From contig JACOUO010000030.1 in the NCBI GenBank assembly GCA_016177845.1, positions 37,649 through 101,648 on the forward strand: a DNA stretch of 64,000 nucleotides, written 5' to 3'. Of the stretch, positions 30,110-38,189 are shown in pieces (positions within the stretch are counted from its first letter, which is position 1; the number at the start of each line of letters is the position of its first letter). Made by a program: the position numbers and the translations under genes. The DNA comes from Deltaproteobacteria bacterium (lineage in GTDB: Bacteria; Desulfobacterota; GWC2-55-46). The notes under the pieces were generated by a model that worked only from the letters and a program-made list of their open reading frames with translations, was not told the origin of the DNA and did not search any database.

Positions 30110-31308
30110 TTCCGATGGACTGCCCTCCTTTTTTAGTCTCATGGAATATCACCAAAAGGTGCAATCTCAAATGCAGCCACTGCTATCTTGACGCCTCTGA
30201 GCTTGAAGGCAACAATGAAGCCACAACGGTTGAAGCGCACAGGTTTGTCGATGAGATAGCTTCCGTAAACCCTCAGGCAATGCTGGTGCTGACAGGCGGA
30301 GAGCCTCTGATGCGCCCCGATATTTTTGAGGTCTCTTGCTACGCCTCTCAAAAAGGGCTTACAGTCGTACTTGGCACCAACGGAACGCTGCTTGAAGACA
30401 AGCTGATTGAAAAACTCAAGGATAGCGGAGTTAAGGGTGTAGGAGTAAGCCTTGACTCCTTAAACCCAAGCTACCACGATACATTCAGGGGACAAGACGG
30501 AGCATGGCAAAAGACAGTTAAAGCAATAGATTCGCTGAGATTACATGAAGTGCCTTTCCAGCTTCAGCTTACTGCCACACGGCAGAACATGCAAGAGATA
30601 CCCTCCTTCATTGAATTCGCCTATGAAAAAAATGCCAAGGCCGTTAACATTTTCTTTCTTGTATGCACAGGCAGGGGGCAGGATATAACGGATATAACCC
30701 CATCCGAATACGAAGAGATACTGAAATACCTTACAGAGGCTGAAGATGCCTATAAAGGCAAGATCATGGTCAGGGCAAGGTGCGCACCTCATTTTTTAAG
30801 GGTCGCCTCAGAGAATCCCCTTCACGGCTCTACAAGCGGCTGCATAGCAGGAAGAGGGTATTTAAGGATATCCCCTGAGGGGTTTGTCACCCCATGCCCC
30901 TACATACCCGTAAACAGCGCCACCTATAATCTAAAGGAAAAACCCCTTAAAGATATTATCGAGACCGACCGGCAGTTCACCTCTCTCAGAAAACCTCAAT
31001 ACTCCGGCAGGTGCAAGGGTTGTGAATTTGCGGAGAGCTGCGGCGGGTGCAGGGCAAGGGCGCTTGCCTCTACAGGCGACCTTATGGGAGAAGACCCGTG
31101 GTGCGCTTACGAGCCGAAAGGATCCGACGCAAAAAAGATTGAGGTAAACCCGCTCTGGACTATTGAAGCTCAAGAGAGGCTTAAAAACATCCCTTCTTTT
31201 TTAAGAGGCATGGTAAAAAAAGGGGTCGAGAGATACGCAAAACATAAAGGCATTGAAAGGATTACCCCTGAGTTAATGGCAGAGCTTAGAAAGAGGAGCG
31301 GCAGGTGA
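30106..31308 (+). CDS. Radical SAM/SPASM protein (Ahb/NirJ-like) with C-terminal PCP_red-like domain
   Basis: WNITKRCNLKCSHCY, TGGEP, SPASM cysteines (CIAG...PCP...CKGC...CGGCRAR...DPWC); tail WTIEAQERLKNIPSFLRGMVK. Confidence 0.85.
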   Translation: MIPMDCPPFLVSWNITKRCNLKCSHCYLDASELEGNNEATTVEAHRFVDEIASVNPQAMLVLTGGEPLMRPDIFEVSCYASQKGLTVVLGTNGTLLEDKLIEKLKDSGVKGVGVSLDSLNPSYHDTFRGQDGAWQKTVKAIDSLRLHEVPFQLQLTATRQNMQEIPSFIEFAYEKNAKAVNIFFLVCTGRGQDITDITPSEYEEILKYLTEAEDAYKGKIMVRARCAPHFLRVASENPLHGSTSGCIAGRGYLRISPEGFVTPCPYIPVNSATYNLKEKPLKDIIETDRQFTSLRKPQYSGRCKGCEFAESCGGCRARALASTGDLMGEDPWCAYEPKGSDAKKIEVNPLWTIEAQERLKNIPSFLRGMVKKGVERYAKHKGIERITPELMAELRKRSGR

Positions 31309-31502
31309 GCAAAAAAGAAAGCGAATTTAAACCCAAAAAGGGGATCAAAAGACAGTTCTTCGGCTGCGTGCTCCTTTCGCTTGGTTTTCTCAATACTTTA
31401 TTATCGGTAAGGGCGGGTGTTGAGCCGGGCTGGTTTAATTATCTGATGATAATCTTCGGTTCGATATTTTTAGGCACAGGCATATGGCAGGCGCGCTCTT
31501 AA
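31305..31502 (+). CDS. Hypothetical small membrane protein (2 TM)
   Basis: GTG start overlapping the rSAM stop (GTGA); basic N-terminus plus two hydrophobic segments. Confidence 0.6.
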   Translation: MSKKESEFKPKKGIKRQFFGCVLLSLGFLNTLLSVRAGVEPGWFNYLMIIFGSIFLGTGIWQARS

Positions 31503-33034
31503 TCCTTCTTTCTCCTTGCGCTGTAAAGCCACAAAAGCTCGCCTGCGAACACAAATAGCCCTATCAATACAGGCCATACATAAAATGAATTATCCGCCTC
31601 AGTCTCTAAGATCAGCCAATGCCAGCTCGTCATCACATGCCTTGAGCCCTTATCCCCGTTAGAGCCGTCCCATGCTGCAAAGGCTACAGGGATGAACTTG
31701 CCCGGTTCAAACTGGATATCTCTTTTGCTGTCGCCTGTCTTAAGCGGTCTTGTGAGAATAACTCTCCAGGTACCCTTTTCATAAGCGCCCGTTGCCTTAA
31801 GGCCAATCTCTTCGGACATACGAATTTCACTGTTGCTTGCTCCCTTTGAGTTCATCAGCTTTAGGCTCTGCGGTGAATCGATTGCGCCCTCACTTTGCCA
31901 GAACCAGATGTTTACAGGCTTGGAATCTCCCATGCCGAAGTATGGCTTTTCACTTTCTTTCGAAACAACAGGAAACTGAACCGCAACTCCGTCCACAAAC
32001 AACTCGCCGTCTGCTATCTCTATCGCCTTTTCATCCCAGGGCATGCTCTTTGTCGGGTCATCCCATTCAAGGAGGAAGACTATCTCGCTCTCGTTATAAA
32101 GGACCTTTACGGAAATCGAATTCAAGGAAGGCTTGAAGTGCCTCTCATTCGCTATAATCTGGGGCACCATGTAAAAGCTTGTGTATTCGGCCTTTGCCCA
32201 GGCCTCGCTCTTAGCATCCTTTGGCAGCTGCCCCGTTACCCTCACAGCCTTTATGGCATCGCTGTCGCCGGGCTTTTTATACGGCTCATCAAGAGAGGCA
32301 ACATAGTTGGCAACATCCCACCTCTCCTTGTCAGTCATTATCTTTTTGCTCTGCGGGTCCGCAAAGCTCGGCATCTGCGTGCCGGGTATGCCTACGGTAA
32401 TGCGGGCGTAAATATCCTCAGGCTCATTCGTAACCCTGAACGACCATCCTTTTGTAAGATTCCTTGGCCATGTCCTGCCCCCCCAGTCATCCTTAAGCTT
32501 CTTTGTTCCGTCTCCCCTGCCCTCTTCCCCGTGGCATTCCGAGCACCTGTCCCTGAAAAGCTTGCCTCCGCTCTCGATACTCTCTTTTGAAGACCTTACT
32601 TTTGAGGACAGGTCTATTTTCCCCTTCTCAGGTTTTTCTAATCCCCCCAGGCTCTTTATGTAAGCCGTGGCATTCTTTATTTCAGAGCCGCTTAACATAT
32701 CAGCCCAGCCGGGCATTGATGTGCCGTTCATGCCTGTCCAGCCCGGTATTCCGTTATGGGCGTTCGCGCCTGCTATCATCCTATTGAAATCTTCATCAGA
32801 TGGCGCAATCTCATCGAACGGGGTCGACTTCCACTTATATACGCCAAGGGTGAAGTCCCTCGGGGCAGGGTTCAGGAATTCAGAGGCAGGCCCGTCCCCT
32901 GCGCCGTCCTTTCCGTGGCACCATGAACATCTTTTTCCGTAAACTTCTTTCCCTTTTTCAATATCGCCTTCAGCCAATGAAAGCATCGGAAAAAGAGTAA
33001 ATATTGTTATAAGGAGTAAAATCCTTTTAAGCAT
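31499..33034 (-). CDS. Diheme cytochrome c fused to an EbdC-like (DOMON-type) heme-b domain, C-terminal TM anchor
   Basis: Signal peptide; CSWCH and CSECH; EWDD...DGVAVQFP...FGMGD...NIWFW...AFAAWDG; hydrophobic C-terminus. Confidence 0.8.
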   Translation of the reverse strand: MLKRILLLITIFTLFPMLSLAEGDIEKGKEVYGKRCSWCHGKDGAGDGPASEFLNPAPRDFTLGVYKWKSTPFDEIAPSDEDFNRMIAGANAHNGIPGWTGMNGTSMPGWADMLSGSEIKNATAYIKSLGGLEKPEKGKIDLSSKVRSSKESIESGGKLFRDRCSECHGEEGRGDGTKKLKDDWGGRTWPRNLTKGWSFRVTNEPEDIYARITVGIPGTQMPSFADPQSKKIMTDKERWDVANYVASLDEPYKKPGDSDAIKAVRVTGQLPKDAKSEAWAKAEYTSFYMVPQIIANERHFKPSLNSISVKVLYNESEIVFLLEWDDPTKSMPWDEKAIEIADGELFVDGVAVQFPVVSKESEKPYFGMGDSKPVNIWFWQSEGAIDSPQSLKLMNSKGASNSEIRMSEEIGLKATGAYEKGTWRVILTRPLKTGDSKRDIQFEPGKFIPVAFAAWDGSNGDKGSRHVMTSWHWLILETEADNSFYVWPVLIGLFVFAGELLWLYSARRKKD

Positions 33035-33799
33035 CTATTTCTTTCCCCATGACCTTGGTACATTGCCGGTATAGTCGTAGATAAAGAGTATCGCCTTCCA
33101 GACCTCATCCTCAGTTAGCATATTCTCCCACGCAGGCATGGATGATATGGCTGGAGAGCCTTCTTTAGGCAGGCCGGGCCCGCCTTTTACAACTCTCCAG
33201 AAGACATACGATTCCTGAAGCTGTGCAATTGTATCCTTGCCCTGAAATGGCAGGGGCAGAGGGTTAAGGCCCTGCGCATAGTGGCCTTTGCCGTCAAGCT
33301 TGTCTCCGTGGCAATAAAAACAATTCCTGAAATAAATCACGCCGCCCTCACCTACAAACTGCCTGAACTGTGCCGGGTCTTCCTTCTCAAGCCTTCTGTA
33401 AGGGTTTTCAAGGGTAGCAAGGTCAAATGTCTTATCATATGCCTTGATGGTTGCGGGCGGTGCAGGATGCGTTGCCCTAAGCTCTACAGGCGGCTCAAGG
33501 GAGGGCTTAACTGCGTTATAAGTAAAATAAATTGCAATCAAAGGAAGGACCGCAAATACGACATTCCTTATTAGTCTTTTTGAAGGGTCTTCCACAAGCG
33601 CCCTGATGGGAGAGAAGAGCTCCTTTGTGCCTTTCTCAGTAGATGTCATCACAAGCAGTATTGTGATGACTACAAAGAACATATACATGAATATGAGGCT
33701 CTCAGGGATGGGCTTACCCAATAAAAACCCGGGAGCCTTGAAGAACAGATAGGCAAGGAGCGAAAGGACGATAAATTGTATTATCTTCGGCATCTTCAT
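33035..33799 (-). CDS. Membrane-anchored monoheme cytochrome c
   Basis: N-terminal TM segments; CFYCH; distal SSMPAW. Confidence 0.85.
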   Translation of the reverse strand: MKMPKIIQFIVLSLLAYLFFKAPGFLLGKPIPESLIFMYMFFVVITILLVMTSTEKGTKELFSPIRALVEDPSKRLIRNVVFAVLPLIAIYFTYNAVKPSLEPPVELRATHPAPPATIKAYDKTFDLATLENPYRRLEKEDPAQFRQFVGEGGVIYFRNCFYCHGDKLDGKGHYAQGLNPLPLPFQGKDTIAQLQESYVFWRVVKGGPGLPKEGSPAISSMPAWENMLTEDEVWKAILFIYDYTGNVPRSWGKK

Positions 33800-34338
33800 T
33801 GCTTGCCTTCCATAGCGTTTTGTTCCTGAGCTTGAGGAGGCGTTACGACAGTCACCTCAGCCCCGCCGAGTCTCTGCAGATATGCGATTACAGCCTTTAT
33901 TTCTGTCTCATTTAATCCTATCGAGCCTGTGCGCACATCAGGCATGGGGCTTTCTTTATCGTTCGTACCTGTCACGCCAAACCCCGCTGCAACATAGGCT
34001 GAAGGGCTTACCATCGACTCACGGATATATTCCTCAGCGGTCTTTGCGCTCCCCTTATACCCTGCCCCCTTTATCCTTTCAGAAGCAACAGTTGCTATAT
34101 TATCAAGCAGAGGCGCCCTGCCCCCGACAGGAGTATGGCATAGCGTGCAGGCGCCTTTGCCGTTGTATACGACTTCTCCGAGAGAGACGAACTCATCTAC
34201 CGTCATTGAGCCTTCATCAAAGGCCTCTTCCTTCGGCGGCTCTTCGGGCTTTATAGGCGGCACATACTTTACTGAAAAGAGCGTATAGACCCCGATTACG
34301 AAAAGGCTGAATATCGTCACCTTTACAAAGTTACTCAT
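33796..34338 (-). CDS. Monoheme cytochrome c
   Basis: N-terminal anchor; CTLCH; YIRES...SPMP. Confidence 0.85.
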   Translation of the reverse strand: MSNFVKVTIFSLFVIGVYTLFSVKYVPPIKPEEPPKEEAFDEGSMTVDEFVSLGEVVYNGKGACTLCHTPVGGRAPLLDNIATVASERIKGAGYKGSAKTAEEYIRESMVSPSAYVAAGFGVTGTNDKESPMPDVRTGSIGLNETEIKAVIAYLQRLGGAEVTVVTPPQAQEQNAMEGKQ

Positions 34339-36181
34339 CCGCTGCCCCGTATTTGTTCTCAGTGCTCATCTGGCTCAGCCAGAATATGAAAATGACGATT
34401 GCCATGAAGATGATGGTGCCGACCGATACCACATTTGCGGCATAGCCGATTGTCGGCGTGTACGCGTCAGGAGAAGTGTCCCGCATCACAGAATAGACAT
34501 GCCAGTGCTGCCTTATGGCAGACCGTACAAAGCCCATGAGCCCCATCAGCCATGTGAATGAAACCGCAATGAGGAAAAGGGCGTACTGGCTCCTGTCAGG
34601 CATCCTGCCCCATCTGTGCGGGCTCGCCTCTTTCGCGCCACTGAACATGAAAAAATCTATTACGCTGCACAAAATTATTACTGCCAGGGTTGACATGACC
34701 TGCGGAACCGATGAAGCCACCTTGTAAACGGTATTCGTGAAGTATCCGTAATAAACCCCAAGATAGATGATGTTTACGATAGCCGCAGTAAAAATCGCGC
34801 CCTGCGCCGCGTTGCCGTATTTTGCCCATGAGACTGCGGCAATTTTATTCGCCCTTCTGTATAAAAGAAAACTTAGAAAGGTAAACAGGAGCATTATATT
34901 TACAGCCGTATTCTTGGCAGGCATTATGCCAAGCGGGCCAAGATACGGATGGTATTGGCCTCCGAGAGCCTTTGCCTCATAGGGCTTAAGTATCAGACTA
35001 TGCGGAGTGAACCATATCAAAAAGCAGACCATTATCACAAAGGCGATGTACTTGATGTATTTAGTGTAACGCTGCCCGCCCTCGCTCCTTTCAAGCCCGC
35101 ACCAGAGGTAATAATTCGCCGCAAGGAAGAGCGCGCCTATCAAGACCGCCTGAATGATGAAGAGCCACGCGAACACCCCTCCCATAAGAGTAATGCCCAT
35201 CTGCTGGCTGTAGGCATAAATCTCTGCGGTAAGCCAGTAGCCCGCAAAAGGCAAAGGAAGGAGCGCGCCTATGGCGATAAGGTTTGCCGTATAGCCCATC
35301 CAGTCGTAATGCGCCCTTTGTTCCATCGTGCGCGCGCTTAAGAACTTGTAAGCGGCATATGCCCCGACAATTGAACCGCCGTAAGCGATATTTGCGATAA
35401 ACCTGTGGAGGTTCATGGGATTCCAGAGGTGGTTGTGCACTGCATGCCAGATATTGCCGTCAAAAGACCCCGCGATATCCACTCCCGCGGGCGACATCAT
35501 GAATGTCACCCATGCGTTTGCAATGAACATGAGGGTAGTGCCTGCGCCGTTTAACAATAACCCAACCCCAAGGTGCGCCCATTTTTTATAGCCCTTATCC
35601 ATTGAATGCCAGCCGTAGTAATAGATGTAGAGGGCGGCTGACTCAACAAAAAAGAACAGGGCATACAAAAGCATGGTCGGCCCGAAGATGGAGGAGAGAT
35701 ACTTCATCAGGTCAGGATAGAATACGATTAAACTAAGCAGGAGAAGGCCGCCTGTTACCGCGGTAATCGAGTACGCCGTAAGGCTTACCCTTATGAACTC
35801 ATACGCCATCTCATCATAGCGTTTATCTTTTGTAGCCATGCCGATTGCTTCGATAATGAATACAAATATCGGAACCGCAAGCACAAATGCCGCAAACCAC
35901 AGGTGCATCTGAGCGGCCAGCCATACTGCCACCCTGCCGTTCACACCCTTTATCTTCGGGTAGTCCTGTGCCTTGAGCTTGGGCGCGGGCGGGTTCGCCT
36001 GTTTTACCGAATCCCCGGTAACGGAACTGCCCTGAACTGGTTCAGTTATTGCCGTCTCAGCGGCAAAGGATATGTTACGGGAGCCATCGAAAGAAATAGA
36101 GACGCAAAGGAATGAGAACGCGAAAAGCAGTATGAGGAATACTTTTCTTCCAAAAAGATTTAAAGCGGAGGTGCTCACCAA
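34331..36181 (-). CDS. Cytochrome bd subunit I (CydA)-like membrane oxidoreductase
   Basis: QMHLW (His19-like), ANAW...SPAG, LHRF (His186-like), IMP (Met393-like), RQHW in place of GRQPW; no CydB beside it. Confidence 0.8.
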   Translation of the reverse strand: MVSTSALNLFGRKVFLILLFAFSFLCVSISFDGSRNISFAAETAITEPVQGSSVTGDSVKQANPPAPKLKAQDYPKIKGVNGRVAVWLAAQMHLWFAAFVLAVPIFVFIIEAIGMATKDKRYDEMAYEFIRVSLTAYSITAVTGGLLLLSLIVFYPDLMKYLSSIFGPTMLLYALFFFVESAALYIYYYGWHSMDKGYKKWAHLGVGLLLNGAGTTLMFIANAWVTFMMSPAGVDIAGSFDGNIWHAVHNHLWNPMNLHRFIANIAYGGSIVGAYAAYKFLSARTMEQRAHYDWMGYTANLIAIGALLPLPFAGYWLTAEIYAYSQQMGITLMGGVFAWLFIIQAVLIGALFLAANYYLWCGLERSEGGQRYTKYIKYIAFVIMVCFLIWFTPHSLILKPYEAKALGGQYHPYLGPLGIMPAKNTAVNIMLLFTFLSFLLYRRANKIAAVSWAKYGNAAQGAIFTAAIVNIIYLGVYYGYFTNTVYKVASSVPQVMSTLAVIILCSVIDFFMFSGAKEASPHRWGRMPDRSQYALFLIAVSFTWLMGLMGFVRSAIRQHWHVYSVMRDTSPDAYTPTIGYAANVVSVGTIIFMAIVIFIFWLSQMSTENKYGAADE

Positions 36182-36198
36182 AGATTCTCCCGGATTTT

Positions 36199-36312
36199 TT
36201 ACGGCTTGAAAATAAATGAGAGGCCCTGCGCATTGAAAAGGGCTACATCAAGGCCAAGGAACAAAATGCCGAATGCCGCAAGGGCTATCAAGAATGCCAG
36301 ACTATACTTCAT
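36199..36312 (-). CDS. 37-aa single-TM protein heading the oxidase operon (not in ORF track)
   Basis: MKYSLAFLIALAAFGILFLGLDVALFNAQGLSFIFKP; AAGGT upstream; stop 17 nt before the CydA-like start. Confidence 0.65.
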   Translation of the reverse strand: MKYSLAFLIALAAFGILFLGLDVALFNAQGLSFIFKP

Positions 36313-36377
36313 CTCTTACCTTTTACGCTCGTCTTTACCGCATTGACAAAATATTATGCATGGATTAATCTTAAGAA

Positions 36378-36491
36378 ATGATTAGAGAAATTCTCAGAAG
36401 GTCAAGGCCTGCGGATATCCTGATACTGCTTGGCGTTATCATAAACATTTTTGTCATAGCAGCGATACTCGCTTTTTACTTTCTCTCTTGA
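36378..36491 (+). CDS. 37-aa single-TM ORF divergent from the oxidase operon (not in ORF track)
   Basis: MIREILRRSRPADILILLGVIINIFVIAAILAFYFLS; preceded by TTGACA-17-TAATCT; weak RBS. Confidence 0.45.
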   Translation: MIREILRRSRPADILILLGVIINIFVIAAILAFYFLS

Positions 36492-36575
36492 TGAACAGAG
36501 GCCTTCTGAATTCTTCACCTGTTCCGCAGCAAAATTTCCCACATATTATACTCATTAATCAATTGTTTTTACAAG

Positions 36576-36597
36576 TGTATCTATATTGTATCTATAT
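36576..36597. repeat. 11-bp tandem direct repeat (TGTATCTATAT x2), putative regulator site
   Basis: Exact duplication 69 bp upstream of the hydrogenase maturation operon. Confidence 0.5.
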
Positions 36598-36666
36598 ATG
36601 GATTAGTCCTCATCTTTTTGTTAAAATAGAGTTAAAAGAATAAGGCCTGCATACCCCTGAGCGCAC

Positions 36667-37167
36667 ATGGCGAATAAAGACAAAAAAAAGGCCCTTGTAC
36701 TTGGAATAGGCAATATCCTATTAAAGGACGAAGGGCTTGGGGTCAGGGCGATAGAGTTTTTTGAGAGGATGTACAGTTTCAGCCGGGAAGTCTCCTGCAT
36801 GGACGGGGGCACTGCCGGGTTAGCGCTTCTTTCATATATAAAAGATTTCTCCCACATCATTATTATCGACGCTGTCGCCGCAAACGGGCACCCCGGCTCT
36901 ATCCTTAAGTTCAAAGGAGACGAAGTCCTCAAAGGCCCGCCCCTCAGGACATCCGCTCACCAGCTCGGAGTTACAGACCTGCTCACTCTTTTGAAATTCG
37001 AGGGTTACAGCCCTGAAGTTGCCATTATAGGGGTAATCCCTGAAGATTATTCAGCCGGACTTGAACTTTCTCCTTCTATCTCAAAGGTTCTCCCTGAAAT
37101 TGCCGAAGCTATATCAGATGAGCTTGCCGCCTTTGGATTCAAGACAAAGAGGAAAAACCATGCATGA
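36667..37167 (+). CDS. Hydrogenase maturation endopeptidase (HyaD/HybD family)
   Basis: LGIGNILLKDEGLG, DGGT, IIDA, SAHQ. Confidence 0.92.
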   Translation: MANKDKKKALVLGIGNILLKDEGLGVRAIEFFERMYSFSREVSCMDGGTAGLALLSYIKDFSHIIIIDAVAANGHPGSILKFKGDEVLKGPPLRTSAHQLGVTDLLTLLKFEGYSPEVAIIGVIPEDYSAGLELSPSISKVLPEIAEAISDELAAFGFKTKRKNHA

Positions 37168-37501
37168 GATGTCCATAACAAAAAGCATGCTTGAGATAAT
37201 CAAAGACGAGATGGATAAAAGCAAAGTCTCTCAGCTCAGAAGCGTTCGGATTAAAGTCGGGGAACTTACGGCTGTAGAGCCTGATGCGCTTAGGTTCTGC
37301 TTTGAGGCATCCACAAAAAACACCCCACTGGAGGGAGCTTCCCTTGAGATTGAGGAAGTGCCTTTGAAAGGGAAATGCCGCAGGTGCGGAAATAAATTCA
37401 GGATAGAGGCATTCGTAAGCCGATGCCCTGAATGCGGCGGCGCTGATATAGAAAAAATATCAGGCACTGAACTTGATATAGTCTCGATAGAGGCTGAGTG
37501 A
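37160..37501 (+). CDS. hypA: Hydrogenase nickel incorporation protein
   Basis: MHE start at ATG 37160; CRRC and CPEC. Confidence 0.93.
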   Translation: MHEMSITKSMLEIIKDEMDKSKVSQLRSVRIKVGELTAVEPDALRFCFEASTKNTPLEGASLEIEEVPLKGKCRRCGNKFRIEAFVSRCPECGGADIEKISGTELDIVSIEAE

Positions 37502-37520
37502 TTACGGAGGATTTTGCAAA

Positions 37521-38189
37521 ATGCACGATATATCGGTTGAACAGAAGATATTATCCAAAAACGACGAGCTTGCGGGCGAGAACAGAGAGCTTCTTACAAG
37601 TAAAAAGATATTTTCCATTAACATGGTAAGCTCGCCCGGTTCTGGAAAGACTTCAATCATCGAAAAGACGCTCCCCTATCTCAAAGAGCGCATTAAGATA
37701 GCGGTAATCGAAGGGGACCTTCAGACCGACCTTGACGCGCAAAGGGTCGCAAAGTACGGTATCCCAGTAAAGCAGATAACAACGGGCAAGGCCTGCCACC
37801 TTGACGCGCACAACATCCACCATGTACTGCCCTGGGTAATGGAGCAGGACGGGATAGGTCTCCTCATAATCGAAAATGTCGGCAACATGGTCTGCCCGGC
37901 TGAATACGACCTTGGGGAAGACATGATGATAACCGTAATGAGCACGACCGAGGGAGATGACAAGCCGCTTAAATACCCGGCAATTTTCAGCTCAGCGGAT
38001 GTGCTGCTTTTAAATAAGACAGACCTCGCGCCTTATACTGACTTCAATATCGAAAGGGCAAAAGAGAATGCCCTCAGGATAAACCCGTACCTTAAAATTT
38101 TTGAGACCTCATGCAGGACAGGCGCTGGCATAAAAGAGTGGAGCGATTTTCTCGCTCAAACAGCCCTGAACGGGCATGGAAAGATTTGA
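37521..38189 (+). CDS. hypB: Hydrogenase nickel GTPase
   Basis: SSPGSGKT, CHLDA, ENVGNMVCPA, NKTDL. Confidence 0.95.
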   Translation: MHDISVEQKILSKNDELAGENRELLTSKKIFSINMVSSPGSGKTSIIEKTLPYLKERIKIAVIEGDLQTDLDAQRVAKYGIPVKQITTGKACHLDAHNIHHVLPWVMEQDGIGLLIIENVGNMVCPAEYDLGEDMMITVMSTTEGDDKPLKYPAIFSSADVLLLNKTDLAPYTDFNIERAKENALRINPYLKIFETSCRTGAGIKEWSDFLAQTALNGHGKI

